From contig OZ024741.1 in NCBI GenBank assembly GCA_964016885.1, positions 379,130,001-379,194,000 of the forward strand: a stretch of DNA of 64,000 nt, read 5' to 3'. The first letter of the stretch is position 1. Every line of letters starts with the position of its first letter. A model generated the notes under the pieces. That model was not told the origin of the DNA. It did no database searches and saw only the letters and a program-made list of their open reading frames with translations. Positions 27,651 to 38,788 of the stretch are shown here, piece by piece. Made by a program: the position numbers and the translations under genes. This DNA comes from Eledone cirrhosa (lineage: Eukaryota).

Positions 27651-28004
27651 AAATCCTGGTGTATTTATTGCCATTGGATTTTAAAAACAAAAATATAATC
27701 TATATGAAAGTGAGGCTGGAAAGGAAGAAGGAAAGGAAAAATAAACACACATGCAAACACACACACACACACAATTATATACATACACATATATATGTAC
27801 AAACACACATACATACAAACACACATATACACATACACACACACACATATATATGTGTATATATATATATACATACACATACATATACACATACATACAT
27901 ACACACATAATTATCAACATATCCATACATACAAATACACAAACGTGCATACACACACACACAGACACACACATATATACATGCATATATGTATATAAAC
28001 ATAT

Positions 28005-28610
28005 GGTGGCTGCCAACTCGTTTTCGAGTACGGCCACTACTTTATATCCATGTAGAAGAACTCCTACCGATGCGCTGAACAAGTGTGACTTTTTAGTCCA
28101 GCCAGCGACTTGAAAACTCTGGTACAAACACTACACTTGTGACAATTATTGACACATAGTGCTGAGCCCATGGTACCATGTGACGCAAGTGCAGAGAGAT
28201 CTCCAGATATAAAGCAATGCCTGTGCCGTGAAGCTTTTATAGTGAGAAAAGGCACTGCACAAAGCCAGTCCCACTCTCTTAACCAAGATGATATTTACCA
28301 AAAAGAAGAACAAGTCAACATCATTGGATACCATCAGGGCTGCAGGTGTTATATCAGAGTTTTCCTTCTCCTAGAATTCTGCCTTGACAAAGGCTAAGGG
28401 GTCATCTCTCCCGGTGATTTTGGATGGCCATTGACTCTTAAGAGCTCCTTTGCCCTTTGACAGGTTTTGTTTTTAGTCCTGCAGGATGTCCAAAGTCACC
28501 CTCCTCACCAAGAAACCTTGGTGGGGTTGCCAGTTTAGTCGCCAACGACCCGACCATGAGACAGGTTGTACTGGGATACATGTTACCAGTAGCACCAACT
28601 GGTGACCTGA
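28005..28610 (-). mobile_element. Bipartite RTE-derived non-autonomous element
   Basis: Insertion absent from the sister sequence near 33100; RTE 5'-UTR-like agcctttgtcaaggcagaattctaggagaaggaaaactct; C2H2 finger CSVCTRVFKSLAGLKSH at the 3' end. Confidence 0.55.
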
Positions 28611-29237
28611 CATATATATAAACATATACATACATACATACATACACATACATATATATACACATATATAAGTATATATATATACACATACATATACATA
28701 CATATATAAATACACATACATACATACATACACACAATCATACATATATACACACGTACATACATACACATACATACATACATATATACACGCATACATA
28801 CGCATGCACAAATATAGAAATATGTACACACACCTACATACTCAAACACACAAATAAATATAAGAAAAAATATAATAATAAAAATACCGTCACATAAGAA
28901 TAAAAATGAATATAAAGATTATTATAGTGTTGACAGGCAACAAATAAATGAACAAACACACGTGGTAAGCAATACACACAATTGCAAAATTTGTTTGCTT
29001 TTAAGAAACCACTGGTAAATGAAATAATTGCCTTATGCTGTTTATTACATATCTATTAAGCTCTGTTACCTACATAGAGCACTCTTTTCTCCTGCACTTT
29101 TCCGACGGAATTACTTCATTTATTCAGCTCCAGCCGGGATTGATTGAAGTATATTCTATATTACATATACGATTGGCACTTTCCAGCCCGATTAGTTGAG
29201 CACTCTACAGTTTTCAGGAATTTAACCAACATACACC

Positions 29238-31338
29238 ATGGACCTTTATGAATTGGATTATTCAATCAAAAATATACCTACTCTTTCCAACAAAACTTAT
29301 ACCAAAATGCTTATAGATAAAATCGAACAAGTCGTTAAAAGAATGAGATGGAAGGCAATGGTTTACGATGGTATATTCACTGCTGATACTAATGATTGTT
29401 TTGACATAAAATCCCGCAAATATCCACCTAGAATTAAAGACATGGCCAACTTCGAATTAGACCTTGTTAATTTAATTAGTGATATCAAATTTCGTAAGTA
29501 CAATAATAATTTTCAAACTAAACTTCTAACGATATTTCTCATTTAAATAATTCGACAAATACCTTTGTTCTTTCCGATAAAACTAAAAATCTCTTTGAAG
29601 TTAATAGTATGTTGTAGAACCAACTTTTAACTAATAGTATCACCAAGAAATATCAATTAACTAATAATAATACCTACAATACTATTAATAAAGAAGCTAA
29701 AGAACTAGCTAGTTCTTTAAAAATAGACAACCGGATTGAAAGCCTAGCTAAGCGTAAAGGTTATATTACCCTTAAAGACCATAAATTAGACTTTACTAAT
29801 CGACCTAGTTGTACACTGATTAACCAGGCTAAATCCGAAGTTGGCCTTGCAAGTAAAAAAATCTTAAGAAAAATAATTCTCCAAATTAGAAATAAGACGG
29901 ACCTATCACAATGGTTAAATACATGCTCTGTTATTTCTTGGTTTAATAATATACAAGGTAAAAATAAGTGCAGATTTACCCAATTTGATATTGTTTCTTT
30001 ATTAACTAATGCCTTAGAGTTTGCAAGACCCTTCATTAATATTTCTAAATTAGAAGAAGACATTATCTTTCATGCTAGACAAACTTTACTCTTTACTATG
30101 AAAGTATTTGGGTTAAAAAATCAAACCCTGAAAACTCTTTTGATGTTGCAATGGGTTCATATGACAGTGCGGATGTGTGTGACTTAATAGCACTCTTCGT
30201 TCTCCACACCCTCAAAGATAAATTTCCTTCCCATAATATAGGTTTATACCGTGATGACGGATTGGCAGTTTCTCATACCACCAACGGCCAAAACCTTGAT
30301 AAATTCCGTAAAGATTTAATCAATACTTTTGCTAATCTTAACCTTAAAATTACTATAGATACGAACCTTACCAATGCTAACTTTCTTGACATTAATTTGA
30401 TCTACTTACTGCCTTATTTAAACCTTATCATAAACCTAACGAAAATCTTAGATATATGCACAAAGATTCTTGTCATGCCCCTATAGTTTTTAAAAATCTT
30501 ATTCCCAACATTAGCCGTAGGATTTCTACATTATCTTCGTCTCTAGACATTTTTAATAAAGCCACCCCTTATTATAATAAAGCCCTTAATTAACAGCGGA
30601 TTTACAGAACAAATTAATTATTTACCTACTAAACTAAAACTAACCACAATAATAGGAAAAGGAAAATTATTTGGTTTACACCCCCTTCTCTCTAACTGTC
30701 AAATCTAATGTAGGAAGAAAATTCCTTGACCTCTTAGATAAACATTTTCCTCCTAATCATAGATATTATAAGATATTTAATAGAAATGTAGTTAAGATCA
30801 GTTACTCTTGTTGCCCATCAATAAAGTCTAAGATCACTAATTCAAATCGTACGAGAACATATCCAGGCAGCAGTTGCAGAAAGCCGGATGAATGCCATTA
30901 CAGGGCAAATGTAACACCAAATCCGTTGTTTATGAGGCCAAAGTGACACCTTTAATCAAGAACCAGCCAGCCAGGAGTGAGCCATATCTTGGCATGACAG
31001 AGTACAGGTTTAAAACCAGGTTTTATGTACATGTTGCTTCTTTTAAGTACTCCGATAAAAGAACAGCAACGGCTCTCGCAAGTAAGGTGTGGGAATTCAA
31101 GGATAAAAACATCCCGTACTCTATCGATTGGTCTATTTTAGACCATTCGAGGGAGTACCAAACGGGTACAAAGAATTGTTCTTTGTGTACCACGGAAAAA
31201 TATAGGATTTTACAAAACTTGAAAGCCAATTCTGCTTGCCTGAACTCAAAGATCGAGATCAGCAGATGTTGTCCTCACCTGAAATCACATCTGATCTATA
31301 ACTGGATTGACATTCCTACGATAACTCAAGGACGTTGA
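29238..31338 (+). pseudogene. Disrupted PLE RT + GIY-YIG ORF
   Basis: ORF fragments 29238, 30151, 30671 and 30892 are colinear, separated by frameshifts and stops. Confidence 0.9.
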
Positions 31339-31709
31339 ACTCCCTCTCTGCTCTTTACTTCCACTACGGTTTTTTTACCTGCTGAATCCACGTTCTGTAC
31401 TCTCGTATTCTCTTTCTCCCTTATCTCCCCTTATATCTAAACCTTTTCCTGTCATTTATTTTCATGTTTTCCCCCTACTTTCTGCCTTACGCTTCACATA
31501 CCCAATTTTTTTTATTTTTAGATATTTATTTTTGTGTGTGTGCGTGTGTGTTGCGTATATGTGTGTATATATATATGTATACGTGTGTGTATGTATGTTT
31601 ATATTTAAATGTATGTATATGTATATGTATATGTATATATAATTGTATATTATATACTTCTGTTGTATTTCTGCGTGGGTGTGTGTATATATATATATAT
31701 ATGTATATG

Positions 31710-31756
<47 letters not shown>

Positions 31757-32290
31757 GTATATGTATGTGTGTATGTATGTGTGTATATATAGATTGAATG
31801 TGTGTGGGCGTGTGTGTATTTTTGCGTGTATATGTATTTTTATATAATGGTTTTGTGTGTATATATATAATAGCCTCAGATACGGCTTGAGCTCTGCCGT
31901 GGGGTCAGACTTTTTCCTGTGTGTGTGTGTATATATATACGTATATGTATGTGTGTGTGTGTATTTCTGTGGTTGTATTTGTGTGTGTGTGTGTGTGTAT
32001 GTGTGTGTGTGTATGTATATCTATGTGTATATATATATATATGTATATGTATGTGTGTATGTATATGCATAATTACATACAGTGATTTAATGCTTATTTT
32101 CATTGATCATTTGCTCCAGGAAATGTTGAGTGCTCTAAATCAGCTATAAACATTTATACCCTTTTCTAATTATTTTTTTTATTTATTATTTGTCGTAGTC
32201 CCAACTTTTTATATTTTTTAAAAAATATATATACAATATTTTTTTTTTTTATATATATAATATTTATGTTCTTTCTTATATATATAATTA

Positions 32291-32321
<31 letters not shown>

Positions 32322-33463
32322 ACATACGTATGTGTATGTATATATGTGTGTGTAGGTATATACCTATATATATATATACATGTATATCTATATATGTGTA
32401 TATATATATATATATATTTTAGAGTTAAACAAGATTCGTATGAATACATCTAAGAATGAGTTTACACACATACATATGTGTGTGTTTGTATTTGTATGTA
32501 TGTGTCTGTGATATGTATGTATATGTGTGTGTATGTATGTATGGATATGTATGTATGTATATACATATATATATATATATATATATTATTATATATATAT
32601 ATAATATATGTATGTGTGTGTATATATGTATATGTGTGTATGTGTGTATGTTTATGTGTATGCGTATGTATGTGTACATGTATGTGTATATGTATGTGTA
32701 TGTGTGAGAGTGTGTGTATGTATTTATTTTTACGTATGTATTTGTACGTGCAATTGTGTGTATTGCTTACCATGTGTATTTGTTCATTTACTTGTTGCCT
32801 GTATCGCTGTCAACACTAATAATCTTTATATTCATTCTTATTCTTATGTGACGATATTTTTATTATTATATTTTTTCTTACATTTATTTGTGCGTGTGAG
32901 TATGTAGGTGTGTGTACATATTTCTATATTGTGCATGCGTAGGTATGCGTGTATATATGTGTGTATGTATGTGTATGTATGTACGTGTGTATATATGTAT
33001 GATTGTGTGTATGTAAGTATGTATGCGTATTTATATATGTATGTATATGTATGTGTATATATATGTGTATATATATGTATGTGTATGTATGTATTTATAT
33101 ATATATTTATGTATATATATATATATGCATGTATATGTGTCTGTGTGTGTGTGTATGCACGTTTGTGTATTTGTATGTATGTGTATGTATGGATATGTTG
33201 ATAATTATGTGTGTATGTATGTATGTGTATATGTATGTGTATGTATATATATACTCATATATATATGTGTGTGTGTGTATGTATATATGTGTGTGTATGT
33301 ATGTGTGTATCTACATATATATGTGTATGTATATAATTGTGTGTGTGTGAGTGTGTTTGCATGTGTGTTTATTTTTCTTTTCCTTCTTCCTTTTCCAGCC
33401 TCACTTTCATATAGATTATATTTTTGTTTTTAAAATCCAATGCCAATAAATACACCAGGATTT

Positions 33464-33524
33464 TTTTATTCTGATGATTAAAAGCAAAATTTGTTTTCTT
33501 TTAAGAAACCAATGGTAAATGAAA
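33464..33524 (+). ncRNA. Type I hammerhead ribozyme
   Basis: ttttatt CTGATGA ttaaaag..cttttaa GAAA ccaatgg TA aatgaaa. Confidence 0.8.
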
Positions 33525-33550
33525 TAATTGCCTTATGTTTGTTTATTAGA

Positions 33551-33622
<72 letters not shown>

Positions 33623-33642
33623 GCGGGTCACGGATGGTCTAG

Positions 33643-33989
33643 TATACTAATAAAACTCTGTGATTGCTTGTTTGCTAGTCCGTAATATAATACAGTCAAA
33701 ATGACGTTGACCCTGAAATAGGGATACAAATGGATCAAACAATGTTTCGCGTAAGGCGGAGAAAAGGTTCTCGAAATATGGGTTTTTTCCGGGTACATTC
33801 ATAAAAAGAGAGAGAGAAAGAGATAGTGGTTGTGAGAGCGTATATTGAAAGAGATACATAGAGAGGGGGAAAGGAGACAGAGATGGAGAATAGAAGAGAG
33901 AGAGAGAGAGCGCTGCTGGTGATGTTCTGTATATATATATGGGTGTGTGTGCGTCTATGACCAGTGTATATAGATCACAAACACCCATA

Positions 33990-34076
<87 letters not shown>

Positions 34077-34377
34077 AATAACACACAATATATATATATG
34101 TACATAATATCCGGGAGCTTCCAACAGAAATGGTCGCATTTTTTAAAGGTGTCAATATCTATTTATAAAACTGATCTATATTATATTTTATCTGATGAAA
34201 GCACACCATACTTTAACTTGGTGTCCTTGAAATATGTATAATGAAATAAATATGGTTTTATAAATATAGTTTCCATTTATTAATATATCGTATTTTTACT
34301 CCAATAATTTGTTGAGTGCTTTATATCAGTTATGAAAATATTTGCTTGTTGTATCCCAACAATTTAAATAGAACTTC

Positions 34378-34437
<60 letters not shown>

Positions 34438-34644
34438 TTGTGTGTGTGTGTGTGTGTACAACACATTTATATATATATACATACATATATACACGTATAT
34501 ATATGCATGGGCATTCCAGTTTCATTTCATATTATATACATGTTTGTCTATATTTTAATTATCTAAAAAATAGTTTTAGGTGAACAGGATTTTTTTTTAA
34601 ATATTTGCAAGTGAACGTGACCGAATGGGTCACGGGGTGTCTAA
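33643..34644 (+). mobile_element. Non-autonomous Helitron-like element, copy 2
   Basis: Homologous to 27011-27370; hairpin cgtgaccgaatgggtcacg at 34616-34634, then CTAA. Confidence 0.6.
34184..34248 (+). ncRNA. Type I hammerhead in a solo pseudo-LTR (family of 51223)
   Basis: tattttat CTGATGA aagcacacca..tggtgtcctt GAAA tatgta TA atgaaata; downstream ttttataaatatagtttccatttat is shared with 51289-51313. Confidence 0.7.
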
Positions 34645-35853
34645 TACTAAATAGAAAGTGGAGCGACTGAAATATGCTTTGCTCTAGTATGTATACCTGG
34701 CTTGAAATAATATGTTTATCGTGGTATTATCTAATATATTTCACATTGGGCAATATATTGGTGAATAATGTTAGAGCTTCGAACAACATGCTTTGAGTTC
34801 TAAACCCACCGAGGTTGACTTTTGCTTTCACGATTACGGGATCGATAAAATCTGTTCGCTTTGTACAGAAATCAAAAATGTTTTCTAATAAATTTAACTC
34901 TATCACCTTTCATCGAAAGGGAGGGGAAATACAATTTCTTTCCTTGTTCTCTATGCGATAAAACCTTCTATACTGTTGCATTCCAATCACAAATTTTGTT
35001 AACATGAGTTGCAAGTGAAAACATTGATATTTACACGAGATCCATTCGGTAAATCTTAACTCAGACATACATTGTAGGAAAGGAGTCGTAACATTTTGGA
35101 TGATTGAACAGCATCAGAAAATATAATAAGAAATGAAAGAAGAAATAGAAAATGGCGGAGACCGGCAGTGGCATAAATGAAAACCAAAATAATGAAAAAT
35201 AACAGGTTCATTCATGTAGGAAAACTGGTGATGCTAGTATGTTGTGGATGATATTTGTTTTAAGATGTTGTGATCGAGCACTTCTTTCTGGAGGGAAAAA
35301 CATTTTGTAACACACATATGGAAGAGGTAAAAACGGAGCGAGAGATAAATAGAATGGTGAGATGACGATGGTGAGACGGGAGTAGTTTGAAGATAAAAAG
35401 TGGAGAAAATGTGGTAGCGAGTCGTGGTATAAAGGAAACCGCTATGAGGAAATACATTCATCCGAAAAGATTTCCAAGTTGAATTTCAAGTAGAGTCTGG
35501 GTAAACATAAATTTCCATGGTACAAATCCAATGTCGGAATCACACGAATTTGAGGGTTCACGTAAGCGTATATATATAAATGGGAAGTTACAAAGCAGGC
35601 TTTGTTTACAAACGGGTAGCTAATTTCAAAATTAGGTAAATCACGTGCTTATGCCGTATTTCAATAAATATAATTAGTCTGTTGGTTGGCACATTAATAT
35701 TGGAAGGAGACACGGGTGGCGTGTTGCTGTAATGATAACACGGTGGTCCGGCAAACAAAACATGTGGGTTCGTGTCCTATGTATGACGATACTCATCCTT
35801 TTTCCATTCAAATTATTTTTAAATCTCAACAAACATACTAAATATATTTAGTC

Positions 35854-36338
35854 AAATACGGCATAAGCACATGTTACTACCTAATTTTCAAATTTGCTAG
35901 TCGTTTATAAACAAAGCCTGCTTTGTGTCTCCATATTTATACATACACCTGCTCTGGTTATATAGCTTCTAATTGAATGGAAATGTGATTGGCTGGTGTT
36001 TTGGTGTAAGGGATACACATTGACCTGGCAAACCAAAAATGTGGTTTCGTGTCCCTTTTTTCCATTGAGAGGGTTTATAAACATCCCAACTACCAGACTA
36101 ATTGGACTAGTTGTGATATTTATAAACCCTCTCAATGGAAAAAAAGGGAGACTAAACCACATTTTATGGTTTTCCAGGTCAATGTGTATCCATTACACCA
36201 AAACACCACCCAACCACCCTTCCTTTCAATTAGAAGCTATATAACCAGAGCAGGTGTATATATAAATATGGAGACAGAAAGCAGGCTTTGTTTATAAACG
36301 GCTAGCGAATATGAAAATTAGGTAGCAACATGAGCTTA

Positions 36339-36341
<3 letters not shown>
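35854..36341. repeat. ~490-bp foldback with ~235-bp arms
   Basis: gcataagcacatgttactacctaatttt... mirrored by ...aaaattaggtagcaacatgagcttatgc; a third diverged arm lies at 35570-35661. Confidence 0.85.
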
Positions 36342-36373
<32 letters not shown>

Positions 36374-36579
36374 AAATATATTTTCCATTATATATATATA
36401 AACAAATATATATATATAATAGAATTGGAGCTGTGAAATAGCAATATATATATGGATGTATATATAATGTATTTTGCAATACACTTTATGCTTAATTAAA
36501 AGCATTTTGAAGACAGTAAGCTATAGTTTTAAAGTAGTGACAAATTCACTCACTTTGATCTCTGCGAACAGGGGAGATA

Positions 36580-36623
36580 AGCCGACAAGACTTGTTTCGC
36601 TTTGGTTGAAGCTTATCAAGGCC
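36580..36623 (-). ncRNA. Type I hammerhead, U3-A8 core
   Basis: Minus strand: ggcc TTGATAA gcttcaaccaaagc GAAA caagtcttg TC ggct. Confidence 0.75.
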
Positions 36624-36896
36624 AACTTACCCCACCTGTCTGCTGAGATCATTGATGTTATATTCTTATAGAAATCTAGTAAATAATCAGGAGCTGATTA
36701 TGCAGAGCGGTTGTTGGTCAGGCAGAAATTAAAAATTAGAATTGGAGCTCTGAAATAGCAATATATATATGGATGTATATATAATGTATTTTGCAATACA
36801 CTTTATGCTTAATTAAAAGCATTTTGAAGACCGTAAGCTATAGTTTTAAAGTAGTGACAAATTCACTCACTTTGATCTCAGCAAACAGGGGAGATA

Positions 36897-36940
36897 AGCC
36901 GACAAGACTTGTTTCGCTTTGGTTGAAGCTTATCAAGGCC
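36897..36940 (-). ncRNA. Type I hammerhead, U3-A8 core
   Basis: Identical motif 317 bp from the previous copy. Confidence 0.75.
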
Positions 36941-37247
36941 AACTACCCCACCTGTCTGCTGAGATCTTGTCGGCTTATCTCCCCTGTTTGCTGAGATCAA
37001 AGTGAGTGAATTTGTCACTACTTTAAAACTATAGCTTACGGTCTTCAAAATGCTTTTAATTAAGCATAAAGTGTATTGCAAAATACATTATATATACATC
37101 CATATATATATTGCTATTTCAGAGCTCCAATTCTAATTTTTTATTTCTGCCTGACCAACAACCGCTCTGCATAATCAGCTCCTGATTATTTACTAGATTT
37201 CTATAAGAATATAACGTCAATGATCTCAGCAGACAGGTGGGTTATTT

Positions 37248-37291
37248 GGCCTTGATAAGCTTCAACCAAAGCGAAACAAGTCTTGTCGGCT
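37248..37291 (+). ncRNA. Type I hammerhead, U3-A8 core
   Basis: ggcc TTGATAA gcttcaaccaaagc GAAA caagtcttg TC ggct; stem I extended by tgatctcagcagacagg / cctgtttgctgagatca. Confidence 0.75.
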
Positions 37292-37415
37292 TATCTCCCC
37301 TGTTTGCTGAGATCAAAGTGAGTGAATTTATCACTACTTTAAAACTATAGCTTACGGTCTTCAAAATGCTTTTAATTAAGCATAAAGTGTATTGCAAAAT
37401 ACATTATATATACAT

Positions 37416-37460
<45 letters not shown>

Positions 37461-38719
37461 CAAATATATATTCCATTTATTAATATTGTTAATATATATA
37501 TATAGGTAGATAGATATCATGTAGTAACTTGTGCTTATGTCGTATATATATATATGCAAAAGGCAAACAGAAGTAGCTAAACAAACGACTGTATAATAGA
37601 TTAGTTTTCATGTTTCGTCATCAACACTGAAGGAATGCAAGGTAAATTGAATCGAAATGGTATTTGAACTCGAAATGCATATGTATGAAAAGTGAAAACA
37701 ATTACCTATATCAGGATCGAATCATTTCCACCATTATACTTTTTTTCCCACAAGATTGTCTTTTCCAGAAACCCACCATCTATTTCTTGCATCAAAGTGA
37801 AAAAAACTTCATATTGAATTTTATAAAATGTTTGTTTATTCAAAATAATCATGGAATGTTGGTCATGTTCACAAGTTAACGGAGGCACTAATCTGGCGTT
37901 CCCCTCTAAAAAAGAAGTGTCTTATTATGTTATAACAATGTATTGCTAATGCAAAATAAGTGAAGCATTAACTGTGTCCCGAAGAACGCAGAGTCATTTA
38001 AATCATAGCATGTTTTCACAATTGTATAGCTACAGTCTTATGCTCATTTCTTAATGTGTAACATTCTTTTTAATATGTTGATAACTGAGGCATGGTTGAA
38101 CCCAAACAGTGTTGTTAGAAATCATGAATTTAGTAACAACCTTGCAAATATGAAGCCTCCAAGAAGTTTCGATAGAATCGTTAATTTTAATAAAGGTTAA
38201 GTTAAACAATAGAGATGAAAAAATCAGTATTGTCAGGTACTTTTGTTTTGTCATATTAAACAGAGGAATTCATTTAATTAAGGATTTAAAAGACACCGAA
38301 AATCAATTTACGCTATGGTATTAATAGAAAGAAAAAATCTAAAACAATAATGCTTTAAGCTTTTTTCATATTCTTTTTTAGTGTTGCATTAGTTTCCTTT
38401 TGCCGTTTTTTTTTATACTTCATGGAGAAATTTATTATATATGAAACCATTGCTGTTATCAATTGTTTCATGCTTTCTAGCAAACATAACCGTTATCTAC
38501 AATTCAATGGCACTATTAGAACTATTAGAACATAGTTTCCTTTTTATGTGTTCATCTGTTCATATGCAACAGAGTGCCACACATGTGGTAGAAAAACTCT
38601 TCTTGCCAGGACCAATCTCAGTTGTTTAATGTAAAAGGCATGGCATTATTAATATGTACGTATTTATGTAAGTATGGATGTGTGAGAATGTCCCACCCAG
38701 CTCTTTCTCTATCTCCCTT

Positions 38720-38788
<69 letters not shown>

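Larger units (their letters stand above)
27492..33556 (+). mobile_element. Degenerate full-length Penelope-like element with a long inverted 5' arm
   Basis: ORF pieces 29238-31338 (YSIKNIP, RMRWKA, MGSYDSADVCDL, GLYRDDGL, YLGMT..FKTR, CSLCTTEK); pseudo-LTR 28984-29056 / 33484-33556; 27492-28985 is an inverted copy of the 3' region. Confidence 0.9.
27011..33642 (+). mobile_element. Non-autonomous Helitron-like element, copy 1, split by a PLE
   Basis: TC start at 27011; 27011-27370 is homologous to 33643-33990; 3' remnant gggtcacggatggtCTAG at 33625-33642. Confidence 0.55.
36420..37420. mobile_element. Non-coding 317-bp tandem HHR repeat (retrozyme-like), two arrays in inverted orientation
   Basis: Unit repeats at 36421 and 36738; inverted array from 36965; one HHR per unit; (TA)n on both flanks. 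Confidence 0.8.

Noticed and set aside
36474-37081. Three near-identical 65-67 aa ORFs
   Set aside because: By-products of the 317-bp repeat: non-ATG starts, antisense to the ribozyme strand, no domain
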